Shown: positions 29,103 through 39,495, numbered from the stretch's first letter. The stretch is DNA of 64,000 nt from an uncultured Gemmatimonadaceae bacterium (GCA_963843845.1 CAWJMB010000003.1:64001-128000), one strand, 5' to 3'. Numbers and translations: made by a program. The notes: generated from the letters alone by a model not told the origin.

Positions 29103-31912
29103 ATGTCGGTCAACCTGCGCTCGCTCATCGGAAAGCTGAATCCGACCACCCGCGGCGTCGTGGAGGCGAGCGCGGGGCTGTGCCTGTCGCGCACGCACTA
29201 CGACGTCGAGATCGAGCACTTCCTGACGAAGGCGCTCGACGCGACCGACGGCGACCTCGCGGTGATCCTGAAGCACTACGGCATCAATCGCTCGCGTCTC
29301 GCCGACGACCTCGCGCGGGGGCTGGACCGGCTGAAGAGCGGGAACGCGCGGACGCCGACGCTGTCGCCGTCGCTCGTGAAGATGCTGACCGAGGCGTGGA
29401 CGCTGGGCTCGATCGAGTTCGGGGCCCCGCAGGCGCGCGTCGGGCACTGCGTGCTCGCGCTCGTGTCGAACGACGAGCTGGCGCGGATGGCGAAGGACGT
29501 CAGCCGCGAGTTCGAGAAGATCCCGGCCGACGCGCTGAAGAAGGACTTCGTCGCGATCACGGCGCCGTCGACCGAGGCGTCGGCGGAAGTCGGGATGTCC
29601 GGCGGCACGTCCGGCTCGTCGCAGGGCGCGGGCGGCGCGGCGGGGGGCGCACCGAAGGCGGGGGGGCGAACGCCGAACCTCGACTCGTACACGGTCGACC
29701 TGACGGCGCGCGCGAAGGCCGGGAAGATCGACCCGGTCCTCGGCCGCGACGTCGAGATCCGGCAGGTCATCGACATCCTCACGCGGCGCCGGCAGAACAA
29801 CCCGATCCTCGTCGGCGAGGCGGGCGTCGGCAAGACGGCCGTCGTCGAAGGGTTCGCGCTGCGCATCGTGCAGGGCGACGTGCCGGAGCCGCTGCGCAAC
29901 GTGACGCTCCGCACGCTCGACCTCGCGCTGCTGCAGGCCGGCGCCGGCGTGAAGGGCGAGTTCGAGAACCGGCTCAAGGGGCTCATCGACGAGGTGAAGA
30001 ACTCGCCGAGCCCGATCATCCTGTTCATCGACGAGGCGCACACGATGATCGGCGCCGGCGGTGCGGCGGGGCAGAACGACGCGGCCAACCTGCTCAAGCC
30101 GGCCCTCGCGCGCGGCGAGCTGCGCACGATCGCCGCGACGACGTGGGCCGAGTACAAGAAGTACTTCGAGAAGGATCCGGCGCTGTCGCGCCGCTTCCAG
30201 CTCGTGAAGGTGGAGGAGCCGGGCGAGGAGCAGTGCCTGCTGATGATGCGCGGCGTCGTGCCGGCGCTCGAGAAGCACCACAAGGTGCGCATCCTCGACG
30301 ACGGGCTCGACGCGGCGGTGCGGCTGTCGCACCGCTACCTGCCGGACCGGCAGCTGCCCGACAAGGCGGTCAGCGTGCTCGACACGGCGTGCGCGCGGCT
30401 CGCGCTCGGCCAGCAGGCGACGCCGGCCGCGGTCGAAGACGCGCGCGCGCCAGCTCGACGACCTCGCCGTGCAGACGCGCGTGCTCGAGCGCGAGACCGC
30501 GCTCGGCGTCGACCACGCGCGAGCGGCTCGGCGAGATCGCGGCGCGGCGCGCGGCGCTCGAGACGCAGCTCGACGGACTCGCAGGCGCGGTGGGAGGAGG
30601 AGAGCGGGCTGGTGGCGCAGATCGCGCGACGCTGCGCGACGAAGCTCGGAGGCGGCGCACGGCGGTCGAGAACGGCGACGGCGCCGCGGCGCCGACGACC
30701 GGCGGCGCTGCGCGCCGAGCTCGGCGACGCTCAACGAAGCAGCTCGACGCGCATGCAGGGCGAGACCCCGCTGATGCGCGTCGCCGTCGACGCGTCGATC
30801 GTCGGCGAGGTGATCTCCGGCTGGACCGGCATCCCGGTCGGCAAGATGGTGCGCGACCAGCTCTCGACGATGCTGCAGCTCGAGCAGCAGCTCGGCGCGC
30901 GCGTCATCGGGCAGGACCACGCGCTCGAGGTCATCAGCCAGCCGCATGCGCACGACCGCGGCGAAGATCGAGGACCCGAACAAGCCGAAGGGCGTGTTCA
31001 TGCTCGTCGGCCCGTCGGGCGTCGGCAAGACCGAGACCGCGCTCGCGCTGGCCGACCTGCTGTTCGGCGGCGAGCAGAACATGATCACGATCAACATGAG
31101 CGAGTTCCAGGAGGCGCACACGGTCTCCACGCTCAAGGGCTCGCCGCCGGGCTACGTCGGCTACGGCGAAGGCGGCGTGCTCACCGAGGCCGTGCGCCGC
31201 CGCCCGTACTCGGTCGTGCTGCTCGACGAGGTCGAGAAGGCGCACCCGGACGTGCTCGAGCTGTTCTTCCAGGTGTTCGACAAGGGCGTGATGGACGACG
31301 GCGAGGGGCGGGAGATCGACTTCAAGAACACGATCATCATCCTGACGACGAACGCCGGCACGGAGACGATCATGACGCTCACGGCGGACCCGGAGACGAC
31401 GCCGAACGACGGAGGGGCTGGCGAAGGCGCTCAAGCCGGAGCTCGACAAGGTGTTCAAGCCGGCGTTCCTCGGGCGCATGGTCATCATCCCGTACTTCCC
31501 GGTGCGCGACGAGAACCTGAAGCAGATCGTGCGGCTCAAGCTCGGAGAAGATCGAGCGGCGGCTGCGCGAGACGCACAAGATCGCGCTCGTGTACGACGA
31601 CGACGTTGGTCGACGCGGTGGCGGCGCGCTGCACCGAGGTCGAGAGCGGCGCGCGCAACGTCGACAACATTCTCAGCGAACACGATGCTGCCGCGAGGTG
31701 TCGCGGCTGCATGCTCGAGACGATCGCCGGCGGCGACCGCACGGGCGTCGATCCGCGTCACGGTCGGCGACGACGGCGAGCTGTCGTACGACGTCACGCC
31801 GGTCGCGAAGGACGGCGCCGCACGCGGGGCCGGTGACGGGGGCGGCGGCGAGCGCGTGGGCGTGAACCCGGCGGCCGGGAGCGAGACGCTCGCGGCCACG
31901 GGCGCGGGCTGA
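29103..31912 (+). CDS. tssH: T6SS AAA+ ATPase ClpV/TssH, several frameshifts in the 3' half
   Basis: [67 protein letters not shown] across ORFs 29103.., 30946.. and 31451.. Confidence 0.93.
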
Positions 31913-31915
31913 CCC

Positions 31916-34297
31916 ATGGCCCCGCCGGAGCTCACCCAGAGCGGGCGGCCGATCCAGGTCACTCGGAGCCCGCTGTCGGACATCAACGCGCTGATCGCGA
32001 TGCGGCTCGTGGGCTCCGAGGGGCTGTCGCAGCCGTTCCGTTTCCTCATCGACTTCGTGTCCGGCGATCCCGCGATCGCGGCGTCGAAGGTGTTCGGCAA
32101 GCCGATGTCGTTCATCTTCCACGGGCGCCGGCTGAAGACGAAGTCCAACGACGTCACGACGACGCGGGTCCTGAACGGCCGCGTGTCGCGCTGGGCGGAC
32201 CTCGGCGTCGCCGGCACGGCGGGCTTCGCGCACTATCGTGCGGAGCTCGTCCCGGAGCTGTGGATGCACTCGCTGTCGTCGGACTGTCGGACGTTCGAGG
32301 AGAAGAGCGTGAAGGCGATCGTGGAGAAAGTGTTCTCCGATCTCCAGTTCACGAACTTCAAGTTCCGCCTCGCGGCGCAGCCGCCGACGCTGCCGTACGT
32401 CGTGCAGTATCAGGAGACGAACCTCGCGTTCGTCTCGCGCATGCTCGAGGAGCACGGGCTGTACTACACGTTCGAGCACACGAGCGACAAGCACACGCTC
32501 ATCATCTCGGACAGCAAAGGCTCGATCGTGCCGGCGGGGACGATGCCCGAGATCCTGATGGCGTCGAGCGGCAACGGGCTGCTCGGGCGCCTCGGACGGG
32601 CGGGGGGAAAGAAGGCGAGCGGCGCGGCGAGCGAGGCCGTCGGCGGCGCGGTCGGGAGCCTCGTCGGCTCCGTCATCGGGCCGCTCGGCTCGATCGCCGG
32701 CGGGCTCGCGGGTGGCGCGGTCGCCGACGTGATCGACAAGGTCGTCGGGCTGCTGTTCGGCGACGAGGACGAGGCCCCGCCGGCGGACACGATCACCGAG
32801 CTGCTGCGCGAACGCGCGGTCCACACGAAGACGGTCGCGACGCGCGACGCGCATCTGCTCCGCGCCGCCGACACGGGGAGCGAGAACAGCAGCGACCCCG
32901 GCGTGACCGGCGAGGCGTTCGAGTTCCTCGGCGATCTCGCAGGGTCGGCGACGGCTGGGGTGTCGGCGGCGACGGCGAAGCTGCGCATCGAAGCCATCGA
33001 GACGAGTCGCGACGTGCTGCGCGGGTCGAGCACCGCACCGACACTGATGCCGGGGACGCGCGTGAAGCTCGTCGGCGGGCCGCTCGGCGCGTCCGGCGAG
33101 GAGCTGCACATCACGGAAGTCGGTCACGTGATGGAGGCCGGGGACGTGCTCTCCGGCGACCAGGCGGACACGCTGAAGTACGCGAACGAGTTCACCGCCG
33201 TGCCGATCGCGACGCAGATCCGTCCGCCGCGCACGATCCCCCATCCGTCGGTGCACGGCACGCAGACGGCGCTCGTCGTCGGCGACGGCGAGGCGGGAGA
33301 CATCGACGTCGACAAGAACGGGTGCGTGCGGCTGCGCTTTCCGTGGGACCGCGGCGACGGCTTCACGAAGAAGTCCGAGCACCGCGTGCACGTCGCGTCG
33401 CGGTGGGCGGGCGCCGGGTGGGGGGACGTGGCGCTCCCGCGCCTCGGGCAGATCGTGCTCGTCGAGTTTCTCGACGGCGATCCCGACCGGCCGATCGTCG
33501 TCGGGCGCCTGTACTCGAAGGACCACGCGCATCCGTACGCGCTGCCGGCGAACAAGACGCAGAGCGGCCTCAAGACGCGCAGCGTGCCGAACGGCGGCGC
33601 GGCGAACTTCAACGAGCTGCGCTTCGAAGACAAGAAGGGGAGCGAGCAGGTCTTCCTGCACGCGGAGAAGAACCTCGACGTCAGCGTCGAGAACGACGAG
33701 ACGTGGTCGACGGGGCACGACCGCACCGAGGTCATCGAGCACAACCACAAGATGACGCTGACGAAGGGCGATCAGCTCATCAAATTGACCGAGGGGAACC
33801 AGGCCCTGCTCGTCATCAAGGGCGACCAGGTCATCGAGGACAAAGAGGGGCGCCAGGCGCTGTTCACGGTCGACGGCGAGCAGCTCATCCGCATCGAGAA
33901 GGGGCCGCAGGAGTTCCTGGTCGACGACGGCGACCGCACCGTGACGGTCAAGAGCGGGAACAACACGAAGGCGATCAGCGGCACCGATCAGACGACCGCC
34001 GACACGATCAAAATGGAGGCGGAGACGAAGATCGAGCTCAAGTGCGGCAGCTCGAAGATCGTGATGACGACGTCGAAGATCGAGATCTCGGTCGGCGGTC
34101 AGAAGGTCGTGCTCGACACGTCCGCCGTGACGGTGAACGGGGCGAAGATCGACGTCGTCGCGACCGGCCCGCTCAAGGCGTCGGGAGCGATGACCACCGT
34201 GGAAGGCACCGGCATGCTGACGATGAAAGGACCGATGGTGCAGGTGAAGGCCGACGGGCTGTTGAAGCTGGCCGGCGGCGTCATCATGCAGAATTGA
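31916..34297 (+). CDS. vgrG: T6SS spike VgrG/TssI with internal Gly-rich insertion
   Basis: EGLSQPF, VQYQETNLAFVSRMLEEHG, FPWDR, PRLGQIVLVEFLDGDPDRP, FNELRFEDKKGSEQVFLHAEKN; beta-helix tail. Confidence 0.95.
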   Translation: MAPPELTQSGRPIQVTRSPLSDINALIAMRLVGSEGLSQPFRFLIDFVSGDPAIAASKVFGKPMSFIFHGRRLKTKSNDVTTTRVLNGRVSRWADLGVAGTAGFAHYRAELVPELWMHSLSSDCRTFEEKSVKAIVEKVFSDLQFTNFKFRLAAQPPTLPYVVQYQETNLAFVSRMLEEHGLYYTFEHTSDKHTLIISDSKGSIVPAGTMPEILMASSGNGLLGRLGRAGGKKASGAASEAVGGAVGSLVGSVIGPLGSIAGGLAGGAVADVIDKVVGLLFGDEDEAPPADTITELLRERAVHTKTVATRDAHLLRAADTGSENSSDPGVTGEAFEFLGDLAGSATAGVSAATAKLRIEAIETSRDVLRGSSTAPTLMPGTRVKLVGGPLGASGEELHITEVGHVMEAGDVLSGDQADTLKYANEFTAVPIATQIRPPRTIPHPSVHGTQTALVVGDGEAGDIDVDKNGCVRLRFPWDRGDGFTKKSEHRVHVASRWAGAGWGDVALPRLGQIVLVEFLDGDPDRPIVVGRLYSKDHAHPYALPANKTQSGLKTRSVPNGGAANFNELRFEDKKGSEQVFLHAEKNLDVSVENDETWSTGHDRTEVIEHNHKMTLTKGDQLIKLTEGNQALLVIKGDQVIEDKEGRQALFTVDGEQLIRIEKGPQEFLVDDGDRTVTVKSGNNTKAISGTDQTTADTIKMEAETKIELKCGSSKIVMTTSKIEISVGGQKVVLDTSAVTVNGAKIDVVATGPLKASGAMTTVEGTGMLTMKGPMVQVKADGLLKLAGGVIMQN

Positions 34298-34304
34298 GCG
34301 AGCG

Positions 34305-35144
34305 ATGACCGAATCGTCGATGACCGCCACGCCCCCCGCCGGGGCCGCCGCCGTTCCCGCCGCCGCCCCGGCGTCGCGCTTCGTCGCGCGGCCGACGCGC
34401 GACGCGCTGGGCGCGCTGCTCGCGTGGCTCGTGCAGCGCTCCGGCCTCGATGACGACGGCTTCGCCGCGCTCGCGACCTCGGCGCCGCAGGCCGTGGCGC
34501 CCGGAGCGAACGATCCGCTCGCGGCGGCGACCGCGCTCGCCGACGGGCACCCCGCGCCGGCGCTGACGCTCGCCGCCGCGGCGCTGCCGCCGCGCGAGGG
34601 GGTGTGGTGGGCGTGGATCGCCGTGCGGCACGCGATGCACGTGCTGGCCGAGCGTGCCGCGGCGCCGCCCGTCGCAGCTGACGCCCAGCCACTCCTCCCC
34701 CCGTCGGCCGCCGAGCGCGCGGCGTTAGGCGCGGTCGAGCGGTGGATCGGCGACCCGAGCGAGGCGAACCGCCGCGCGGCGTGGGACGCCGGGCAGGCGG
34801 CCGACCTCGGGACACCGGCCGGGTGCGTGTGCGCGGCGGTGTTCTTCGCGAACGGCAGCATCGCGTCGCCGCAGTGCCCGGTCGTCGTCCCGCCGCCGCC
34901 GGGGGCGCACGTGACGTTCGCGGCGACCGCGGTGCTGCTCGCCGCCGTCGCGACCGACGCGGCGAACCTCACGACGCTCGTGCGTGCGTCGGTCGCGCAG
35001 GCCGCCGAGCTGGCGACGCGCCTCGGCGGGTGGGAGGCGACGGCGACGCTGGCGCGGCAGCACTTCGATCAGCAGCGTGAGCAGCACGGCGCGGCGATCG
35101 AGGCGTCGACGCCGAAGCCGCAGAGTGCCGCGCCCGGTGCCTGA
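34305..35144 (+). CDS. DUF6931-like protein between vgrG and PAAR
   Basis: LPPREGVWWAW, ERWIGDPSEANRRAA, AAVFFANGSIA..PPP pattern recalled for this T6SS-associated family. Confidence 0.6.
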   Translation: MTESSMTATPPAGAAAVPAAAPASRFVARPTRDALGALLAWLVQRSGLDDDGFAALATSAPQAVAPGANDPLAAATALADGHPAPALTLAAAALPPREGVWWAWIAVRHAMHVLAERAAAPPVAADAQPLLPPSAAERAALGAVERWIGDPSEANRRAAWDAGQAADLGTPAGCVCAAVFFANGSIASPQCPVVVPPPPGAHVTFAATAVLLAAVATDAANLTTLVRASVAQAAELATRLGGWEATATLARQHFDQQREQHGAAIEASTPKPQSAAPGA

Positions 35145-35200
35145 CGGTCGCCGAGTGCCGCGCGGTCGCGACGTGCCCCACGTTTTCCGGGAGTGGTGAG

Positions 35201-35500
35201 ATGGGAACGCCCTACGCGCGAGTCGGCGATCTGCACGTCTGCCCGATGGTCACGCCCGGCGTGCCGCCGATCCCGCATGTCGGCGGGCCGGTCGTGACGC
35301 CGGCGAACCCGACGGTGCTCGCCGGCGGGATGCCCGTGGCGGCGGCGACGGGGATGTGCGTCTGCGTCGGGCCGCCGGACACGATCGTGATGGGCGCCGT
35401 GACGAAGCTCGTCGGCGGGATGCCGGGGGCGCGCATCGGGAGCACGACGGCACACGGTGGTACCGTGACGCTCGGCACGCCGACGGTGCTCATTCCCTAG
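35201..35500 (+). CDS. PAAR-domain spike tip protein (no effector extension)
   Basis: ARVGDLHVCP..PHVGGP, CVGPPD, PGARIG..AHGG; 99 aa. Confidence 0.92.
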   Translation: MGTPYARVGDLHVCPMVTPGVPPIPHVGGPVVTPANPTVLAGGMPVAAATGMCVCVGPPDTIVMGAVTKLVGGMPGARIGSTTAHGGTVTLGTPTVLIP

Positions 35501-35678
35501 CCGGAGCGCCGGCCGCCCCGGGCAGGGGCGGCCGGACGCGTGCGGTCGGACGCGCGCCGACGTACACTCGCGTACGTCCGCCTCTGACGGTGGACGCGCC
35601 GCCGTCTGACAGACGGGGCCGTCGGGGGAGGGTATCCTGTAGGAGTTCGTTCCCACCTGTCCTTCTCCGCACCCGACG

Positions 35679-36371
35679 ATGCCGTTCCGCACGATGCTCG
35701 AGAACAACCGCCGCTGGGCCAGCGAGCGCGTGACCCAGGACTCGCAGTACTTCACGCGGCTCGCCCGCGAGCACAAGCCGCACACGCTCTTCATCGGCTG
35801 CTCGGACGCGCGCGTCCCGGCCGAGTCGATCCTGCAGGTGGAGCCGGGCGAGCTGTTCGTGCACCGCAACATCGCGAACCAGGCGCAGCCGACCGACAAC
35901 AACCTCAATGCCGCGATCCAGTACGCCGTCGAGGCGCTCGGCGTGGCGGAAATCGTCGTCTGCGGACACGAGGGGTGCGGCGGCGTGCGCGCGGCGCTGA
36001 TGAACGAGGCGCCTTCCCTCGTCGACACGTGGGTGGCGGGGGTGCGCACGACGATGCGCCTGCACGACGACGAGCTCGCGGTGATCTCCGACGTCGAGAA
36101 GCGCCTGACGCGGCTCGTCGAGCTGAACGTCATGGAGCAGGTGTTCCAGATCGGCCGATCGCCGATCGTGCAGCAGGCGTGGGCGAAGGGGCAGACGCTG
36201 CGCGTGCACGGCTGGGTGTACGGGCTGCACACCGGCCTCGTGCGCGACCTTCACGTGATGATCGACCACGTCCAGGCGCACCCCCCGGCGCCGCTCCTGA
36301 CGATGGCCGCACAGACGGAGCAGCGGTTGGTCGACGAACGCCACGCCGAGCGACAGCGACACGCCGGATGA
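35679..36371 (+). CDS. can: Beta-class carbonic anhydrase
   Basis: GCSDARV, GELFVHRNIAN, GHEGCGG, VHGWVY. Confidence 0.93.
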   Translation: MPFRTMLENNRRWASERVTQDSQYFTRLAREHKPHTLFIGCSDARVPAESILQVEPGELFVHRNIANQAQPTDNNLNAAIQYAVEALGVAEIVVCGHEGCGGVRAALMNEAPSLVDTWVAGVRTTMRLHDDELAVISDVEKRLTRLVELNVMEQVFQIGRSPIVQQAWAKGQTLRVHGWVYGLHTGLVRDLHVMIDHVQAHPPAPLLTMAAQTEQRLVDERHAERQRHAG

Positions 36372-37456
36372 GCGACGAGGCGCCGGCAGCGCCGGCCGCG
36401 CCGGCCGCGATGCCGGCTGCATCGCTCGACGCGGCGCTGCCGGAGTCCGGAGCGGCCGACGAGGCGCGCGGGTGGCGGCGGCTCTTCCGGGTGCCGCTCC
36501 TGCAGAAGCTCGTGGTGACCGACCTCATCATCAACATCCTGGCGTTCCTCGTCATGCGGAACGCCCGCCTGCAGTACGCGAGCGAGATCATGGTCGCCTC
36601 GCTGCTCGTGACGCTCGTCCTGAACTCGGCGCTCGTCTACTGGGCGCTGGTGCCGCTGCGCGCGCTGCAAGTCACGGCGGACCGCGTCGCGCGCGGGGAC
36701 CTCACGGCGCGCGTCCCCGCGTCGCGCTTCGCCGACCGGCAGGTCGCGCGGATCGGGCGCACGTTCAACCGCGTGCTCGACCGCCTGCTCGCCGACCGCG
36801 CGCGCGTCCGCACGCTCGCCGCGCAGGTGATCCGCGCCGGCGACGAGGAGCGCGCCCACATCGCGCGCGACCTGCACGACTCGACGGCGCAGCAGCTCTC
36901 CGCGCTCGAGATGCTCGTCGCCGCGTCGGTCCGCGAGGTGCCCGCCGGCTCGCTCCACGATCGCCTCGGCGTGATGCACGACATCGTCACGGAGTCGCTC
37001 CGCGAGGTGCGTACACTGTCCCACACGGTGCACCCGCGCGTGCTCGACGACCTCGGCCTCGTCGCGGCGATCGAGACGCTCGCGCGCCGCACCCGCGATC
37101 AGAGCGGGCTGGCGATCACCGTGACGTCGGCCGTGCGCGCCGAGATCGCGCCGCCGGCGGCGTCGGTGCTGTACCGTGTGACGCAGGAGGCGCTGCGCAA
37201 CGCCATCCGCCACGCGGGCGCGAGGGCGATCGCGATCCACGTCGCGGCCGACGCGCGCGCGGTCTCGCTCACGATCGCCGACGACGGACGCGGCTTCGAC
37301 GTCGCCGCCGCGGAGGCGGCGCGGACGGGGCTCGGGCTGTTCGTGATGCAGGAGCGGCTCGCGCTCGTCGACGGCGCGCTGACGATCGACAGCGCGCCGT
37401 CGGCGGGAACGCGCATCACCGCGACGATCGGCGTCGACCCGATCGTCGCCGAGTGA
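36368..37456 (+). CDS. Sensor histidine kinase (2 TM, HAMP, HisKA_3, HATPase)
   Basis: EERAHIARDLHD, QEALRNAIRHA, DDGRGF, GLGL; ATGA overlap with the can stop. Confidence 0.9.
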   Translation: MSDEAPAAPAAPAAMPAASLDAALPESGAADEARGWRRLFRVPLLQKLVVTDLIINILAFLVMRNARLQYASEIMVASLLVTLVLNSALVYWALVPLRALQVTADRVARGDLTARVPASRFADRQVARIGRTFNRVLDRLLADRARVRTLAAQVIRAGDEERAHIARDLHDSTAQQLSALEMLVAASVREVPAGSLHDRLGVMHDIVTESLREVRTLSHTVHPRVLDDLGLVAAIETLARRTRDQSGLAITVTSAVRAEIAPPAASVLYRVTQEALRNAIRHAGARAIAIHVAADARAVSLTIADDGRGFDVAAAEAARTGLGLFVMQERLALVDGALTIDSAPSAGTRITATIGVDPIVAE

Positions 37457-37500
37457 GACATGTCCGGGCGTACTCCGTCGACGAGAGAGGCTTCGACACG

Positions 37501-38169
37501 ATGACCGACACCGACGAGCGAATCCGCGTCGTCATCGCCGACGACCACGACGTCGTGCGCCTGGGGTTGCGAACGCTGCTCGCCTCGGCGCACGACGTCG
37601 AGGTGGTCGGCGAAGCGAGCGACGGCGCCGAGGCCATCGCGCGCGTCGAGGCGCTCGCCCCGGACGTCGTCATCATGGATCTGTCGATGGCGGGGATGGA
37701 CGGCGCCGCCGCGACGCGCGAGCTGACGCGCCGGCGGCTGCCGACGCGCGTGCTCGTGCTGACGATGCACGACGAGGAGGAGTACCTGATCCCGCTCCTC
37801 GACGCCGGCGCTGCCGGCTACGTCGTGAAGAGCGCGGCGAGCACCGACCTGCTGCGCGCGCTCCGGGCGGTCGCGCGCGGCGAGACGTTCGTGCGTCCCG
37901 AAGCGGCGCGCGTGCTGGCCGAGGGGTGGAAACAGCGCACCGCGGACGACGACGGTCGGGCGCGCTACGAGTCGCTCTCGGCGCGCGAGCGGTCGGTCTT
38001 CCAGCTCATCGCCGAGGGGTACTCGACGTCGCAGATCGGAGAACGGCTGTTCATCAGCGCGAAGACCGCGGACACGTACCGGCGGCGGATCAACGACAAG
38101 CTCGGCGTCGGCGAGCGGGCGGAATACGTGCGGCTGGCGCTCGCGTTGAATCTGTTAGGCGGTGCCTAA
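37501..38169 (+). CDS. NarL/LuxR-family response regulator
   Basis: IADDH, DVVIMDLSM, GYVVK, LSARE..GYSTSQIGERLFIS. Confidence 0.93.
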   Translation: MTDTDERIRVVIADDHDVVRLGLRTLLASAHDVEVVGEASDGAEAIARVEALAPDVVIMDLSMAGMDGAAATRELTRRRLPTRVLVLTMHDEEEYLIPLLDAGAAGYVVKSAASTDLLRALRAVARGETFVRPEAARVLAEGWKQRTADDDGRARYESLSARERSVFQLIAEGYSTSQIGERLFISAKTADTYRRRINDKLGVGERAEYVRLALALNLLGGA

Positions 38170-38312
38170 CGGATCAGCGCCGCGGCGTCGCCGACGGTGA
38201 CGGGCAGCGCCCGGCCCGCCGCGCGGACGTCGCAACTCGGGCCCGGCGCTCCTCGCCGGCACGGCCGACGCACACGACCGGCTTCGCGCGGAGCACGGGG
38301 CCGCGCGGAACG

Positions 38313-38543
38313 CTACTGGCGGCGCGACGTGTGGCGGCGGTCGTCGGTGCGGCGGTCGTGGTCTCCACGCGGCCGCAGCCAGCGCCACGTGCCCCACACG
38401 CCCGGCGCGAGCGCGACGACGTAGACCGGTTGCAGCAGATCGGCCGCGAGCGGCATCCAGCGCGCGAGTCCCGCGATGACGAGCACGAGGGCCGCCGTCC
38501 ATCCCCACCCCGCAGCGAGCGGCGCCCAGCGACGGTGCGTCAT
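38313..38543 (-). CDS. Small membrane protein (2 TM, DRR-rich tail)
   Basis: 76-aa ORF with two hydrophobic segments, 4 nt downstream of the co-oriented 38548..39282 gene. Confidence 0.5.
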   Translation of the reverse strand: MTHRRWAPLAAGWGWTAALVLVIAGLARWMPLAADLLQPVYVVALAPGVWGTWRWLRPRGDHDRRTDDRRHTSRRQ

Positions 38544-38547
38544 GCGA

Positions 38548-39282
38548 TCACGCGCCGGGCGTGGCGGCGGGTGTGGCGGCGGGTGTGGCGGCGGATGTGG
38601 GGGCAGGCTCTGTCGCCGGCGGCGCCACGAGTGGCACCCCGTGAATCGGCGGGAAGATCGGCTGCATGTCGGGAACCACGACGTGGGGCGCGCGAAGCTC
38701 CGGCGGCAGGCTCGCGATCAGCGCCCACCGCGCCGCCCGCTCGCGCTCGGCGGCGTCGCGCGCGTCACGCGCGGCGGCGGCGCTGCGGGCCGCGTCGGCG
38801 CGGAGCGACGCGTTCTCGTCGCCGAGCCGCGCGGCCGTCGCTCGCTGCGCCGCCGCCTCGGGCTCGGCGACGGCGAGACGCGCCTGCAGCTGCCGCGCGA
38901 CGGCCGGCGCGCCGCGCCGCGCGCCGGCGGCGAGCGCCACGGCGAGCGCCGTCGCGGCGAAGGTGCCGATCGCGATGCGGTCGTCGGGGAGCGTGACGAC
39001 GAAGCGCAGCACGTCGACGTGGAACCAGCCGAGCGCGGTCGCGACGACGGCCGAGACGACGCCGGGGAGCGCGCCGAACAGCACGCCGATCAGCGCGACG
39101 GCGACGAGCAGGGCGAGGCGCTGGACCTCCATCGTCGCCGGCGGCAGGCCGAGGATGAGCGGCGTGGCGACGACGAGGGCGGGGAGGATCGGGGCGAGAA
39201 GGTAGCCGGCGCCGCCGCCGGTGGGCGGGGCGGGTCGGGTCGCGGAGTCGAGTGTCGCTGCCGGTGGCTGTCGGGCGGGCAC
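38548..39282 (-). CDS. DUF4118-like 4-TM membrane protein with coiled coil
   Basis: LLVAVALIGVLFGALPGVVSAVVATALGWF pattern; GTG start inferred. Confidence 0.55.
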   Translation of the reverse strand: MPARQPPAATLDSATRPAPPTGGGAGYLLAPILPALVVATPLILGLPPATMEVQRLALLVAVALIGVLFGALPGVVSAVVATALGWFHVDVLRFVVTLPDDRIAIGTFAATALAVALAAGARRGAPAVARQLQARLAVAEPEAAAQRATAARLGDENASLRADAARSAAAARDARDAAERERAARWALIASLPPELRAPHVVVPDMQPIFPPIHGVPLVAPPATEPAPTSAATPAATPAATPGA

Positions 39283-39370
39283 GGTATCGAGAGTGAAGAG
39301 TTGCGACAGTCTACAGCGCGCGTGGCGGTCCGGGATAGCGCGAGGGCCGCGCTTCCCCGGCTCGCGTGGC

Positions 39371-39410
39371 CGCCGGGCGCCGCCGGGCGCCGCCGGGCGC
39401 CGCCGGGCGT
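39371..39410. repeat. 10-bp tandem repeat x4 (CGCCGGGCGC) in a divergent intergenic region
   Basis: Seen directly. Confidence 0.85.
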
Positions 39411-39495
39411 CACCAGACGAATGCGCGATGCACGTCAGCATCCCCCGCTCCTCCCGCGTAACCCGGCTGAGACTCTCACCGCACCGAGGCCACTC

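Noticed and set aside
29103..31912. ClpV pairing with the nearby ClpP as a protease
   Set aside because: No IGF/LGF ClpP-docking loop after IIILTTNAG in the second ATPase domain
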